Assembly (NCBI GenBank): GCA_023138875.1
Contig: JAGLOO010000064.1
Coordinates: 9,196-73,195 of the forward strand
Reading direction: 5' to 3'
DNA length: 64,000 nt
DNA from: Bacteroidales bacterium
GTDB lineage: Bacteria; Bacteroidota; Bacteroidia; Bacteroidales; GCA-2748055
Part shown: in pieces, positions 19,401 to 30,673 of the stretch
Numbering within the stretch: the stretch's first letter is position 1
How the letters are laid out: the number at the start of each line of letters is the position of its first letter
Made by a program: the position numbers and the translations under genes
Notes under the pieces: model-generated
What the model was told of the DNA's origin: nothing
Seen by the model: only the letters and a program-made list of their open reading frames with translations
The model's database searches: none

Positions 19401-20596
19401 AAATTCTGATCCTTGCCAACAAACTCCCCTACCCATCCCGGGATGGAGGGTCCATTGCCACATTGAACATGCTTACCGGTCTTCGTGATGCCGGAAATGA
19501 CATTACCTGCCTTTCGCTGAATACCAGTAAACACCGTTTTCCGGTGGAGAGGATCCCGCAAAAGCTAAGTGAAACCATACGGTTTATTGGGATCGATTGC
19601 AACAGCTCAATCAGGCCCCTGCGTATGCTCCTCAACCTGCTTTTCTCCAGCAAACCCTATATTGCTGAACGATTCAATGTAAGAGAATATCGGGAAAAGC
19701 TTACCGGGTTGCTGAACAATGAGCAATTTGACCTGATCCAGCTTGAAGGCCCGTACCTCGGACACTACATTGACGAAATCAGGAAATGGAGCAATGCTCC
19801 CGTTTCTTTTCGTGCCCATAATGTGGAGCACGCGATATGGAAAAGGAAAGCGGCCAACGAACCGGTCGCACTGAGGCGCTGGTATCTTCAAAACATGGCT
19901 TTACGATTGGAACGTTTTGAAATGCTGGTAGTCGATCGTTCAGATTGCCTTGTTGCCATCAGTCCCCAGGATAAGGCCTTCTTCAGGAGCAACGGCTACA
20001 TGCGACCGGCCATCACCATTCCCACCGGGCTTTCAATGGAAGAGTACCCCCAATCAACCCTCCCATCCGATCCGTCTCTGTTTTTCATTGGGGCGCTGGA
20101 CTGGCTTCCCAACCAGGAAGGGTTGACATGGTTCCTGAACAGGGTATTCGGAAAACTGATTGCAGAAATGCCCCGACTCGAATTCCATATTGCAGGAAGA
20201 AATGCCCCGGAACATTTTGTGAAACGGCTCAATCACAAAAATATCTCGTACCACGGTGAAGTGGACGATGCCCGTGAATTCATGCAGTCCTACCACATCA
20301 TGGTAGCTCCTCTGCTCACGGGTAGCGGGATCAGGATCAAGATCCTGGAGGCCATGGCTCTGGGACGACCTGTGGTTACCACGTCGGTTGGGATCGAGGG
20401 CATACCTGCCAAGAATAACAAGGATCTGCTGGTATCGGACGACCCGGAAGGGTTTAAAGATCAAATAATTAGACTAGCAACCCATCCATCAGAATCTGTC
20501 CGGTTGGTGTCCAGTGCACAACAGCTGATTAAGCAGAATTTTGATACCTTTGGGCTTTCAACCCGGTTAAGCCAGTTTTTCAAAGAACAGGTATGA
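19397..20596 (+). CDS. Glycosyltransferase family 4
   Basis: HNVEH, GALDWLPN, GSGIRIKILEAMALG; ATGA overlap with upstream gene. Confidence 0.92.
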   Translation: MKILILANKLPYPSRDGGSIATLNMLTGLRDAGNDITCLSLNTSKHRFPVERIPQKLSETIRFIGIDCNSSIRPLRMLLNLLFSSKPYIAERFNVREYREKLTGLLNNEQFDLIQLEGPYLGHYIDEIRKWSNAPVSFRAHNVEHAIWKRKAANEPVALRRWYLQNMALRLERFEMLVVDRSDCLVAISPQDKAFFRSNGYMRPAITIPTGLSMEEYPQSTLPSDPSLFFIGALDWLPNQEGLTWFLNRVFGKLIAEMPRLEFHIAGRNAPEHFVKRLNHKNISYHGEVDDAREFMQSYHIMVAPLLTGSGIRIKILEAMALGRPVVTTSVGIEGIPAKNNKDLLVSDDPEGFKDQIIRLATHPSESVRLVSSAQQLIKQNFDTFGLSTRLSQFFKEQV

Positions 20597-21765
20597 TTTT
20601 TTTTCAGGTAATATTCTGGGTCAGCATCTTCCTGATTCTTTACTCATATCTCCTTTTTCCTGGTATATTGCATCTTCTGGCCAAGAACAGGTCACTGAGC
20701 GAGGAGTCGTTCAGCCCCGATGAATTACCGGGAATTTCAGTGCTCATCGCTGCATACAACGAACAGGAGGTTATTGGATCAAAAATTGAATCGATCCTGG
20801 CATGTAATTATCCACGGGAACGATTGGAGATCCTGGTGGGTTCGGATGCCTCAACCGACAGAACCAATGAGATACTTCAGACGTTAAGCGATGCCCAACC
20901 ACGCTTACGTATTTTCCTGTTTGAAGAACGCAGGGGAAAACCGGGTGTGGTGAATCAACTGGTAGAGGAATCGATTGGAGAAATCCTGATCGTAACCGAT
21001 GCCAATGTGATGCTGGACATTGCAACTCTCCGGGAAATGGTTGGTTATTTCAAGCAAACCGGGACCGGACTGGTGGATTCACAGATGATCAATACCAGGT
21101 TGAATAAACACGGGATATCCCACCAGGAAAAATTCTACATCAGCAGGGAAGTACGGATCAAGCACAATGAAAGCCTGGTCTGGGGTACCATGATGGGTCC
21201 GTTTGGTGGTTGTTATGCAGTAAGGAAATCATTGTACCTGCCTGTTCCCGGTAATTTTCTGGTGGATGATTTTTATATCAATATGGCAGTTCTTAAACAG
21301 GGGTACAATTGTATCAGTAATTTGGATGCAAAGGTTTACGAGGATGTATCCAACGATCTGCAGGAAGAATTTCGACGGAAAAAGCGAATATCAGCCGGAA
21401 ACTTCCAGAATCTTTCTGCTTATGGCTCCTTATTGTTTTCAAACAAACCTGGAGTGGCCATCTGTTTCTTTTCACACAAGGTCATTCGATGGATCGTCCC
21501 CTTCCTGGTGATGGTCACACTGGCAACCTCCATTTATCTGGGTATGGAACTTCTTATTTACAGGATTCTCGCCCTGCTTCAACTCATTGTACTGGTAATC
21601 CCATTTATTGATTATTTATTAAGGAAAATTAAGATCCATAGTATACCTTTGCGGTTCATTTCACATTTTGTATTGATGAACCTTGCCCTGCTGGCAGGTT
21701 TTATAAGATATATTGGAGGTATTAAAAGCAATGTCTGGCAACCAACAAGGAGAAACCAGGTCTAG
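20593..21765 (+). CDS. Glycosyltransferase family 2 (membrane-anchored)
   Basis: IAAYNE, DASTD, TDAN, VDDF; C-terminal TM helices. Confidence 0.92.
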   Translation: MIFFQVIFWVSIFLILYSYLLFPGILHLLAKNRSLSEESFSPDELPGISVLIAAYNEQEVIGSKIESILACNYPRERLEILVGSDASTDRTNEILQTLSDAQPRLRIFLFEERRGKPGVVNQLVEESIGEILIVTDANVMLDIATLREMVGYFKQTGTGLVDSQMINTRLNKHGISHQEKFYISREVRIKHNESLVWGTMMGPFGGCYAVRKSLYLPVPGNFLVDDFYINMAVLKQGYNCISNLDAKVYEDVSNDLQEEFRRKKRISAGNFQNLSAYGSLLFSNKPGVAICFFSHKVIRWIVPFLVMVTLATSIYLGMELLIYRILALLQLIVLVIPFIDYLLRKIKIHSIPLRFISHFVLMNLALLAGFIRYIGGIKSNVWQPTRRNQV

Positions 21766-22996
21766 GTTAAACACCATAGAGGAAGCCCTGGAGGATATCA
21801 GGAACGGAAAGATCATCATTGTGGTGGATGACGAGGACAGGGAGAACGAGGGGGATTTTATATCCGCCGCTGAACTGATCACCCCTGAAACCGTAAATTT
21901 CATGGCAACCCATGGTAAGGGGCTTATCTGTGCTGCGCTAACTGAGGAACGCTGTACGGAACTGGACCTGCCCCTGATGGTTACTACCAACACCAGCAAC
22001 CAAACCACAGCCTTTACAGTGTCAGTGGACCTGCTGGGTCATGGCACCACCACAGGCATATCTGCGTCCGACCGGGCTAAGACCCTGCGGTCCCTGGTGG
22101 ATCCGGTGACCCGTCCTGATGACCTGGCACGACCCGGTCATATATTCCCGTTAAGGGCCAAAAGACAGGGTGTATTAAGGCGTGCAGGACACACAGAAGC
22201 ATCGGTTGACCTTACGAAACTGGCCGAATTAAAACCGGGTGGCGTGCTGGTAGAAATCATGAACGAAGACGGGACCATGGCGCGCCTTCCCGAACTGGTC
22301 CGCATCGCCGATGAGTTCGACCTGAAGATCATCTCTATCAAAGATCTGATCGCCTTCAGGTTGAATACAGACAGCATCGTTATCAAAGGAACAGAGGTAC
22401 ACCTCCCCACTGAGTATGGAGATTTTAACCTGATCCCTTTCATCCAGAAATCAAACGGTCTGGAACATGTGGCTCTCACAAAAGGAACCTGGTCAGAAAC
22501 CGATCCTGTCCTGGTAAGGGTACATTCCTCCTGTGTTACGGGAGACATCTTTGGCAGCTTCAGGTGCGATTGTGGAAACCAGTTGCACGAGGCAATGCGA
22601 ATGATCCAGCATGAAGGCAAGGGTATCATCATTTACCTGAACCAGGAAGGCCGGGGCATCGGCCTTTACAATAAAATGAAAGCTTACAAGCTGCAGGAAC
22701 AGGGGCGGGATACGGTGGAAGCCAATGTGGAACTGGGTTTCAAAGAAGATGAGCGCGATTATGGGATTGGCGCAGGCATGCTGCACACCCTGGGTATCAG
22801 AAACCTCAGGTTGATTACCAACAATCCTGTGAAAAAGGCGGGATTGGAGGGTTACGGAATAAAGATTATAGAAACCATCCCCCTGGAAGTTCAGGCAAAC
22901 GAACACAACCAGTTTTATCTCGAAACGAAGCGGGACAAAATGGGACATTTCCTGAACATCGCACGTTACGAGAATCCACATAAAAATGGACATTAA
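21731..22996 (+). CDS. ribBA: Bifunctional DHBP synthase / GTP cyclohydrolase II
   Basis: [23 protein letters not shown]...RCDCG, QEGRGIG. Confidence 0.97.
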   Translation: MSGNQQGETRSRLNTIEEALEDIRNGKIIIVVDDEDRENEGDFISAAELITPETVNFMATHGKGLICAALTEERCTELDLPLMVTTNTSNQTTAFTVSVDLLGHGTTTGISASDRAKTLRSLVDPVTRPDDLARPGHIFPLRAKRQGVLRRAGHTEASVDLTKLAELKPGGVLVEIMNEDGTMARLPELVRIADEFDLKIISIKDLIAFRLNTDSIVIKGTEVHLPTEYGDFNLIPFIQKSNGLEHVALTKGTWSETDPVLVRVHSSCVTGDIFGSFRCDCGNQLHEAMRMIQHEGKGIIIYLNQEGRGIGLYNKMKAYKLQEQGRDTVEANVELGFKEDERDYGIGAGMLHTLGIRNLRLITNNPVKKAGLEGYGIKIIETIPLEVQANEHNQFYLETKRDKMGHFLNIARYENPHKNGH

Positions 22997-23960
22997 GACA
23001 TTGCGCATTGTCTACATGGGAACTCCCGAATTCGCTGTGGCTCCCCTGGAAACATTGGTTGAAGCACAATGCAATGTTGTGGCCGTAGTCACGACCCCGG
23101 ATAAACCAGCCGGACGGGGAAAAAAGATCCGCTATTCAGCAGTGAAACAATTTGCTGCCACCCATGATCTGCACATCCTGCAACCCACCAACCTTAAGGA
23201 TCCAGGTTTTGTACAGTCACTTCAGGAACTGAAACCCGATCTGCAGGTGGTGGTTGCATTTCGCATGCTCCCCGAACTGGTCTGGCGCATCCCCGTGCAG
23301 GGCACATTCAACCTGCATGCATCGTTGTTGCCACAGTACCGGGGAGCAGCGCCCATAAACCATGTCATTCTCAACGGAGAAACCAGTACCGGTGTGACCA
23401 CCTTTATGATCGACGAACAGATTGACACCGGGAGTATCCTGCTCCAGGATGAGACTAACATAGGGGATCGGGAAACAGCCGGGGAGCTTCATGACAGATT
23501 GATGGCACTCGGAGCTCAACTGGTGCTGGAAACAGTCAACCAACTGGCAGCAGATGATCTGAAAGCACAATCCCAGGAGAATTTCATAAACCACCTGACA
23601 GCACTGAAAAAAGCCCCCAAGATCTACAAGGAAGATTGCCGCATTGACTGGAACCTGCCGGGTAGAGTAGTTTATAATCTGATCAGGGGCCTGAGTCCTT
23701 ACCCCGGGGCATTCACTTACCTTTCAAGGGCCGAGGGCGAAAAGATCCTCTGCAAACTCTTTTCTTCAGCTTTTAAGGCAGCACAACAACATGAATCTCC
23801 CGGCACCATTCAATCCGATGGTAAAAAGTATCTGAAAGTTGCGGTGAAGGACGGATACATTAACATCCATTCCATTCAACAGGAAGGCAAGCGCAGAATG
23901 GACACAGCAGCTTTCCTGGCGGGGATCAGTTTGACTTCCGGCCAACCCCGGTTTTCCTGA
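22986..23960 (+). CDS. fmt: Methionyl-tRNA formyltransferase
   Basis: [33 protein letters not shown]. Confidence 0.97.
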   Translation: MDIKTLRIVYMGTPEFAVAPLETLVEAQCNVVAVVTTPDKPAGRGKKIRYSAVKQFAATHDLHILQPTNLKDPGFVQSLQELKPDLQVVVAFRMLPELVWRIPVQGTFNLHASLLPQYRGAAPINHVILNGETSTGVTTFMIDEQIDTGSILLQDETNIGDRETAGELHDRLMALGAQLVLETVNQLAADDLKAQSQENFINHLTALKKAPKIYKEDCRIDWNLPGRVVYNLIRGLSPYPGAFTYLSRAEGEKILCKLFSSAFKAAQQHESPGTIQSDGKKYLKVAVKDGYINIHSIQQEGKRRMDTAAFLAGISLTSGQPRFS

Positions 23961-24384
23961 GCTGCTTCAGGATCAAATCAATGCCCTCTGTCAAATGGTA
24001 GTATAGTTTAATGGCATTGATAAATTGCAACTGGTATGACCGGGAGTATCTGCCTGATACGAAAAACTCGAAGTTGTAATCCTCGATCTCCCCCATCGTT
24101 ATGTCACAAGGTTCCATGTTTTCAAAATGATTGAAAAACCTATTCATCATGAATACGTAACTCTTCCTTGACTTTTCAGAATAACCCTCTTTTTCCAATT
24201 GCTGTGCAAAGAACTCGAGCCTGGAACCGGTCACCTTATGCTCGAACCTGAACCACGAGGAGAGTGATTGCCACCAATCTGATGAACTTTTCCTGATGGG
24301 TTTCCCCCCGAAAAACTCTATCCTTGTCTGCCTTCCGTCGGGCGGAAGGATCATTCTGATAGGAACGGAATCAGTTTCGGTCAT
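23926..24384 (-). CDS. Stand-alone tyrosine-integrase N-terminal SAM-like domain protein
   Basis: GYSEKSRKSY...PCDITMGEIEDY...YSRSYQLQFINAIKLYY resembles Phage_int_SAM_4; no catalytic domain. Confidence 0.7.
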   Translation of the reverse strand: MTETDSVPIRMILPPDGRQTRIEFFGGKPIRKSSSDWWQSLSSWFRFEHKVTGSRLEFFAQQLEKEGYSEKSRKSYVFMMNRFFNHFENMEPCDITMGEIEDYNFEFFVSGRYSRSYQLQFINAIKLYYHLTEGIDLILKQLRKTGVGRKSN

Positions 24385-24536
24385 GGTCCTTCATTTCATA
24401 CAAATTTAAGAACCTTACAGATCAATGTAAAGTTTTGACAGTCAAAAACATTAACATGTTTTAAACATTTTGGTAATATTTTGGTTAACTTCATAAGCAA
24501 ATTTTCGATATTGAAATTTTATTATATCCTGAATCC

Positions 24537-25061
24537 ATGAAACAAACATATCCTTTAATTGCGATCTCATTGGTCATCTTGCTTTCCGGATGTGCCGCAT
24601 CCTCATCACAATCCAGTAAAGAAAGAAAAGCTGCAAAAAATGAAAAACGAATGGAGGATTTTGAAAGAACTTCAGTGCTGATCGAAAGCGGAAATTACGT
24701 TTACCAGGTCCAGTCGGTCAACCCCACAGGTGGTCGTACGATCCATACAACCTCAATGTATACCATGAAAGCCACCGATGGTACTTTCGATGCCTATCTT
24801 CCATTTTTTGGCAGGGCCTACCAGGCAGATTACGGAGGCGATGGCGGGATCAAGTTCAACGGTGAACCTGAGAACCTCGAAATCCAAAAGGACGCCCGCA
24901 AGTACACCATCTCGGTCAGTTTTACCATCAAAGAACCGAATGACCGGTTCAGTGTGAACCTTGTGGTCGGATCAAATGGTTACGGTACCCTGAACATTAC
25001 GAGCCAGAAAAGGCAAGCCATTTCCTATTACGGATTGATCAGCGAGGTGACTGGAGAATAA
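24537..25061 (+). CDS. DUF4251-like lipoprotein
   Basis: Lipobox LSGC; AYLPFFGRAY, RQAISYYG. Confidence 0.8.
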   Translation: MKQTYPLIAISLVILLSGCAASSSQSSKERKAAKNEKRMEDFERTSVLIESGNYVYQVQSVNPTGGRTIHTTSMYTMKATDGTFDAYLPFFGRAYQADYGGDGGIKFNGEPENLEIQKDARKYTISVSFTIKEPNDRFSVNLVVGSNGYGTLNITSQKRQAISYYGLISEVTGE

Positions 25062-25065
25062 TTCC

Positions 25066-26070
25066 TTAATTCTCAAACTTAAACTGCATCTCATCCTCTT
25101 CATGTTGCTCTTCTGCCGGCTCCAGCTTGAGGATGGGTTCGCGTTTCTTTTTTCGAAGGTATATTTCACTGCCCGCCAGGGGCTGCTCCTCTTCTGCCAT
25201 CATGTTCATCCTGTAGAGGTGCTTTAATTTGACACCATAGATCTGTGAAATGTCATACATGGTATGACCATTCTCCACCACATGGATCTCATTCCCTTTG
25301 GCTGCCTTTCTCCGCTTGGGCTGGAGATAAATGATCTGTCCGGATTCAAGTCTTACACCCCTGTATAGATTATTATACCTGTAAAGCTCATTCCTGTATA
25401 GATCCATTTCTTCACCAAGGGCCTCGGGGGTATCTCCCGGTTGGACAAGGATATACTCTACCCCATTGTTGACCAGGACATCCCGGCTGGTGCGATATCC
25501 ATGATCGGTAAGGTGTGATGTACTGTCAGGGCCGGTCCCCATCCCGCCTTCCAGCACCAGGAGGTCATACCTGTACAATTCATTCTCCTCAATGATCCGG
25601 ATCAGCAGGTTTGCATAATTGGAAGCAGTAGCATACCCTGCTTTCTTCAGTCCCTTTGCCCAGCCCCTGTAATCATTGGGTTTCAATTCGAAAAGAGATG
25701 CATACCTTGATTTTGTAGTCAGGAATTGCGAATGGTCCATATAAGATTCATAGGCTGAAGGATAAGATCTGAAGCATTCTTTGCGTGCATCATCGTCATG
25801 GTTGATCTTTTTTCCCGTCCAGTCATGGCACTTGATCCCAAAGTGGTTGTTGGCCTTGACCGCCAGTCGACTGTTCCCGTTATCAGATTCCAGGCAACCC
25901 TGTGCCAGGGTAATACTGGCCGGGATCCCCACCCTGACCATCTCCTTCATAGCAAGTTCCGAGAAAGTGCTGATATAAGCCTCCCTCGTCATTTTAGATT
26001 TGCCCTGACCATACACATAGCCATGCAGGATCATCCCCAGAACCACCCATATAACTCTTTTCATTTCCAT
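25066..26070 (-). CDS. Glucosaminidase (GH73) with LysM domains
   Basis: IPASITLAQGCLES, NNHFGIKC, AGYAT; two LysM-like repeats. Confidence 0.92.
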   Translation of the reverse strand: MEMKRVIWVVLGMILHGYVYGQGKSKMTREAYISTFSELAMKEMVRVGIPASITLAQGCLESDNGNSRLAVKANNHFGIKCHDWTGKKINHDDDARKECFRSYPSAYESYMDHSQFLTTKSRYASLFELKPNDYRGWAKGLKKAGYATASNYANLLIRIIEENELYRYDLLVLEGGMGTGPDSTSHLTDHGYRTSRDVLVNNGVEYILVQPGDTPEALGEEMDLYRNELYRYNNLYRGVRLESGQIIYLQPKRRKAAKGNEIHVVENGHTMYDISQIYGVKLKHLYRMNMMAEEEQPLAGSEIYLRKKKREPILKLEPAEEQHEEDEMQFKFEN

Positions 26071-26238
26071 CTGACGCAATGATTTTCGTAAAAATAGGGA
26101 TATGGGGATCATCTCCACATGTGAGTTTTTAACAAAAGTCCTGCTAACGATCTCCTGGTTATAACTCCCCTCTGCGTTTATAACAAAAATTTATGCTAGT
26201 GATAAATTCTGTATTTTTATAGTTTAACACTCCCGAGC

Positions 26239-26721
26239 ATGAAGCAAAAAGTTATTCAGATCCGGATGAAGGAGTATGAGCGGCTGGAAGAACTTACCGA
26301 AATGCAGGTCAACCTGGTGAATCGGGCTATAGAATCCGCAGGGAATGCCTACGCCCCATACTCAGGTTATCATGTGGGGGCTGCTGTACTGCTTGCCAAT
26401 GGTAAGATCGTCACAGGTAACAACCAGGAAAATGCCGCCTATCCTTCCGGACTCTGTGCCGAACGTGTGGCCATTTTTTATGCAGGATCGCAGTATCCCG
26501 ATGTTCCGGTTTCATCTATTGCCATTGCTGCCATCCGGGACGGAACCATCCAGGAGGAGCCAGTATCTCCCTGTGGTGGTTGCAGACAGGTGCTTTGTGA
26601 AAAAGAATTCCTGGGAGCCACCCCCATTGAGGTGATCCTGTATGGTAACCGCAGGATCCAGGTTATTCAACAGGCCACTGACCTGCTTCCTCTTCCCTTC
26701 ATCCTTCGGAAAGGGGATTAA
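26239..26721 (+). CDS. cdd: Cytidine deaminase
   Basis: AYAPYS, NQENAAYPSGLCAER, PCGGCRQ. Confidence 0.95.
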   Translation: MKQKVIQIRMKEYERLEELTEMQVNLVNRAIESAGNAYAPYSGYHVGAAVLLANGKIVTGNNQENAAYPSGLCAERVAIFYAGSQYPDVPVSSIAIAAIRDGTIQEEPVSPCGGCRQVLCEKEFLGATPIEVILYGNRRIQVIQQATDLLPLPFILRKGD

Positions 26722-26739
26722 GCCCTCCTGCCGGGACAA

Positions 26740-27411
26740 TTACTTTACTTTAAAGACCGGGAATATATCCATTTTCGGATAGGGAGCCACAACTTCAACT
26801 GTCTCTTTTTTTACCGGATGTATAAAGGAAACCCGCCTTGCATGAAGACTAATCCCCCCGTTCTTATTGCTCCGCCTGGCTCCGTATTTACGGTCACCTT
26901 TGATCACACTGCCAATACCCGCAAGCTGTGCCCTGATCTGGTGGTGTCTTCCTGTTTCCAGCAAGACCTCCAGCAGGTGGTAATGGTCCGACGATGCCAG
27001 TTTGCGGTATTCCAGCCGGGCCCATTTGGAACCGGGGACCTCTCTGGGATGCACGTAGGACTTATTCTGTTTGGTGTTTCTCGTAAGGTAATGCTCCAGG
27101 GTACCGGATTCGGGCTGTGGACACGTCTCCACAATAGCATGGTAGATCTTCTCAATCTCTTTCTCCTTAAACATATTCGCCATTCGGCTCAAAGCCTTGC
27201 TGGTCTTTGCAAAGATGACCGCACCACTTACCGGCCGGTCCAACCTGTGAGGAATTCCCAGGAACACCTCTCCTGATTTCCCGTCCCTTACCTTGATAAA
27301 ATCTTTCAACAACCTGTCCAGCGACACATCCCCCGTCTTATCTCCCTGAACAATGTCAGAAATGCGCTTATTCACAATCAGCAGGTGATTGTCCTCATAC
27401 AATATGGTCAC
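26740..27411 (-). CDS. RluA-family pseudouridine synthase
   Basis: HRLDRPVSG, TGRHHQIR, LHAR. Confidence 0.93.
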   Translation of the reverse strand: MTILYEDNHLLIVNKRISDIVQGDKTGDVSLDRLLKDFIKVRDGKSGEVFLGIPHRLDRPVSGAVIFAKTSKALSRMANMFKEKEIEKIYHAIVETCPQPESGTLEHYLTRNTKQNKSYVHPREVPGSKWARLEYRKLASSDHYHLLEVLLETGRHHQIRAQLAGIGSVIKGDRKYGARRSNKNGGISLHARRVSFIHPVKKETVEVVAPYPKMDIFPVFKVK

Positions 27412-27425
27412 CGGAGGTTTCAGAC

Positions 27426-28241
27426 CTAGTACTGCTCCTTTTCGTTGGGAAAATTTTTCGACCTAACATCTTCAATGTAGTTCTGAACCGCACCTTTGAT
27501 CTCCATCTGCAGGTTGTGATAACGGCGCAGGAACCTGGGAGAGAACTCCTGAGTAATGCCCAGCATATCATGCAGAACCAATACCTGGCCATTCACTTCC
27601 GACCCGGCGCCAATCCCGATGGTTGGGATGTTAATGGCCTTTGTTACTTCACCGGCCAGGCTTGCAGGGATCTTTTCCAGGACCAGACCAAAACATCCTG
27701 TTTTTGCGAGTGCAATAGCATCTGATTTTAATTTTTCAGCCTCTTCCTTGCCTGTGGCGCGCACCACATATGTTCCGAACTTATGAATGGCCTGCGGAGT
27801 CAGTCCCAGGTGGCCCATCACCGGGATACCTGCAGAAAGGATACGCTCAACAGATTCCACGATTTCCACACCACCTTCAAGCTTGACGGCACTGGCACCG
27901 GTCTCTTTCATGATCCGGATTGCAGAAGCAAGCGCTCCCATGGAATTTCCCTGGTAAGTACCGAAGGGAAGGTCAACCACCACAAGTGCCCGGTTTGTGG
28001 CCCTCACAACAGAAGCTGCGTGGTAGATCATATTGTCCAGTGTAATGGGAAGTGTGGTTTCAAAACCTGCCATCACATTGGATGCAGAATCTCCCACAAG
28101 GATTATATCTATCCCGGCCTGGTCCACCAGGCGTGCAAATGAATAATCATAAGCCGTTAACATGGCTATTTTCTCCCCCTTGAGCTTCATGGCAAGAAGC
28201 ACATGGGTGGTGACGCGTTTCACATTCTTGTGCAGGGACAT
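27426..28241 (-). CDS. panB: 3-methyl-2-oxobutanoate hydroxymethyltransferase
   Basis: [25 protein letters not shown]. Confidence 0.97.
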   Translation of the reverse strand: MSLHKNVKRVTTHVLLAMKLKGEKIAMLTAYDYSFARLVDQAGIDIILVGDSASNVMAGFETTLPITLDNMIYHAASVVRATNRALVVVDLPFGTYQGNSMGALASAIRIMKETGASAVKLEGGVEIVESVERILSAGIPVMGHLGLTPQAIHKFGTYVVRATGKEEAEKLKSDAIALAKTGCFGLVLEKIPASLAGEVTKAINIPTIGIGAGSEVNGQVLVLHDMLGITQEFSPRFLRRYHNLQMEIKGAVQNYIEDVRSKNFPNEKEQY

Positions 28242-28288
28242 GTTTGAGATTTAAAAGTTCAGTGCAAAGTTTACAATAAATTTCCTTT

Positions 28289-28397
28289 TGACAGCCAATT
28301 TGTCAGTAAACCTGACAGGTCAAGATGAATTAACGGTTACTTTTCGTGTCATATTAGCACCTGGGTGGCCAATTTTAAAAATGGCATAATCTCTGAT
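28289..28397 (+). promoter_or_regulatory. Putative dnaK control region (TGACA-N7-TGTCA plus -24/-12-like element)
   Basis: TGACAgccaattTGTCA 28289-28305, CTGACA 28312-28317; TGGCATAATCTCTGAT 28382-28397 (GG-N10-GA). Confidence 0.45.
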
Positions 28398-28459
28398 AGT
28401 CAAAAGTCGAAAGACTGCTTTGCAGCAAATATTGAAAGTTAAAAGTAAATAAATATATC

Positions 28460-30373
28460 ATGAGTAAAATTATAGGAATAGATCTTGGAACCACCAACTC
28501 CTGTGTATCGGTGATGGAAGGTAATGAGCCGGTTGTGATCCCGAACAGTGAAGGAAAACGGACAACCCCATCCATGGTGGCTTTTGTTGAGAATGGAGAA
28601 AGAAAAGTGGGTGATCCGGCCAAAAGGCAGGCCATTACCAACCCTACAAAGACCGTTTCATCCATCAAACGTTTTATGGGAGAAACCTATGACAGGATGA
28701 GCAAGGAGATTGCAAGGGTTCCTTATAAGGTAGTGAAGGGTGAAAACAATACCCCCCGCGTACAGATAGATGACCGCAAATATTCACCACAGGAGATCTC
28801 AGCCATGGTGCTTCAGAAAATGAAAAAGACCGCTGAGGACTACCTGGGTCATGAAGTATCTGAAGCTGTTATCACTGTTCCTGCATATTTCAGCGATTCC
28901 CAGCGCCAGGCCACAAAAGAGGCCGGTGAAATCGCCGGGTTGATAGTAAAAAGGATCATCAATGAGCCTACTGCTGCTGCGCTGGCATACGGACTTGATA
29001 AGAAGACCACCGATCTGAAAATAGCTGTATTTGACCTCGGGGGTGGAACATTTGATATCTCCATCCTGGAACTTGGGGATGGCGTTTTCGAGGTAAAATC
29101 CACCAATGGAGATACCCACCTGGGTGGTGATGATATCGACCAGGTGATCATCGATTGGCTGGCTGAGGAATTCCAAAAGGACGAAGGACTCGACCTGAAA
29201 AAAGATCCCATGGCATTGCAGCGCCTGAAGGAAGCTGCTGAAAAAGCCAAGATCGAGTTATCCAGTTCTACCAAGACTGAAATCAACCTGCCCTATATCA
29301 TGCCGGTGGACGGGGTTCCCAAACACCTGGTTAAGTCCCTTACAAGGGCCAAATTCGAAAGCCTGGCCGATAAACTGATCCAGTCCACCATCGCACCCTG
29401 TAAAAAGGCTTTGAAAGATTCCGGGCTGAGTCGGGATGAAATCAACGAAGTTATCCTGGTGGGTGGATCTACCCGTATTCCTGCCATTCAAAAAGTGGTT
29501 CAGGACTTTTTCGGGAAGGCTCCTTCAAAGGGTGTAAATCCGGATGAGGTGGTTGCTGTAGGTGCTGCCATTCAGGGAGGCGTGCTTACCGGTGAGGTCA
29601 AGGATGTGCTGCTGCTGGATGTGACCCCGCTGTCACTGGGTATTGAAACCATGGGAAGTATTTCAACCAAACTCATTGAGTCCAATACAACCATCCCCAC
29701 CAAAAAAACCCAGACCTTTACAACAGCTGCCGACAATCAGCCTTCTGTAGAGATCCATGTACTCCAGGGAGAAAGGGCCATGGCCAAAGACAACAAGACC
29801 ATCGGCCGGTTCCACCTTGACGGGATTCCACCCTCTCAACGTGGTATTCCCCAGATTGAGGTAACATTCGATATCGATGCCAATGGGATACTGAATGTTT
29901 CTGCCAGGGACAAGGGGACCGGGAAAGAGCAGAGCATCCGCATCGAAGCTTCATCGGGACTGTCAGATTCTGAGATCGAAAGGATGAAGAAAGAAGCCCA
30001 GGAGAACGAAGAAGCCGACAAAAATGCCAAGGAGCGCATTGATAAACTCAACAATGCCGACAGCCTGGTCTTCCAATCAGAAAAACAGCTGAAGGAGTTT
30101 GGAGAGAAGCTCCCTGACGAGAAGAAGACTGTCATCGAAGAAGCGCTGAACAAGCTGAAAGAGGCCCATAAGTCAGAAGACCTGGCAGCCATTGATGAGG
30201 CAACTGAAGCTTTGAACAATGCATGGCAATCAGCCTCACAGGATATGTACAATGCAGGCCAGCAGGCCGGTGGGGAAGCTGGTCAGGCTGAAGGCCAGGC
30301 TACCGGAGAACCTGCATCAGACAAAGGAGATGATGGTGAGGTGACTGATGTTGACTTCGAAGAAGTTAAATAG
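28460..30373 (+). CDS. dnaK: Chaperone DnaK
   Basis: [33 protein letters not shown]. Confidence 0.99.
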   Translation: MSKIIGIDLGTTNSCVSVMEGNEPVVIPNSEGKRTTPSMVAFVENGERKVGDPAKRQAITNPTKTVSSIKRFMGETYDRMSKEIARVPYKVVKGENNTPRVQIDDRKYSPQEISAMVLQKMKKTAEDYLGHEVSEAVITVPAYFSDSQRQATKEAGEIAGLIVKRIINEPTAAALAYGLDKKTTDLKIAVFDLGGGTFDISILELGDGVFEVKSTNGDTHLGGDDIDQVIIDWLAEEFQKDEGLDLKKDPMALQRLKEAAEKAKIELSSSTKTEINLPYIMPVDGVPKHLVKSLTRAKFESLADKLIQSTIAPCKKALKDSGLSRDEINEVILVGGSTRIPAIQKVVQDFFGKAPSKGVNPDEVVAVGAAIQGGVLTGEVKDVLLLDVTPLSLGIETMGSISTKLIESNTTIPTKKTQTFTTAADNQPSVEIHVLQGERAMAKDNKTIGRFHLDGIPPSQRGIPQIEVTFDIDANGILNVSARDKGTGKEQSIRIEASSGLSDSEIERMKKEAQENEEADKNAKERIDKLNNADSLVFQSEKQLKEFGEKLPDEKKTVIEEALNKLKEAHKSEDLAAIDEATEALNNAWQSASQDMYNAGQQAGGEAGQAEGQATGEPASDKGDDGEVTDVDFEEVK

Positions 30374-30400
30374 ATAGATCATCACCGGAAAACGGTTTAT

Positions 30401-30432
30401 AAAGAGGCTGTCTCACTTGGGACAGCCTCTTT
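30401..30432 (+). terminator. dnaK terminator
   Basis: AAAGAGGCTGTCTCA-ct-TGGGACAGCCTCTTT. Confidence 0.85.
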
Positions 30433-30471
30433 GACTTTTGCACCATCCCTTCCAGGAGAAAAACCTTTATT

Positions 30472-30550
30472 CTTGAAGGGATTGTAAAAGAGGTACCTGA
30501 CGGAACGGAACGAAGTGAGTTTTGTAGTACCGTTTTACAATCTCTTCAAG
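30472..30550. repeat. Structured intergenic hairpin element, copy B
   Basis: 18-bp arms (17/18) around GA-GGTAC-CTGA-stem-GAACGAAGTGA-stem-A-GTACC-G. Confidence 0.75.
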
Positions 30551-30560
30551 GCTCAATTTA

Positions 30561-30644
30561 CATTCTGAAGCGAATGTTATAAAAGCTGCCTTAGCTGGTG
30601 CGAAGCACAAGGTTCAGCAGCGTTATAATATTCGAGAAAGGATG
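30561..30644. repeat. Structured intergenic hairpin element, copy C
   Basis: Arms CGAATGTTATAA/TTATAATATTCG around AA-GCTGC-CTTA-...GTGCGAAGCAC...-A-GCAGC-G; AAGCTGCCTTAGC identical to copy A. Confidence 0.75.
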
Positions 30645-30673
30645 CAAAGGTTTTTAGCTATATTTGATCTGCT

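Noticed and set aside
23926-24384. Integron or prophage
   Set aside because: No catalytic integrase, cassette array or phage genes; flanks are housekeeping.
28354-28380. CIRCE-like TTAGCAC before dnaK
   Set aside because: Only the left half; no GAGTGCTAA at N9 spacing.
28460-30373. dnaK without grpE/dnaJ
   Set aside because: A monocistronic dnaK is usual in Bacteroidota.
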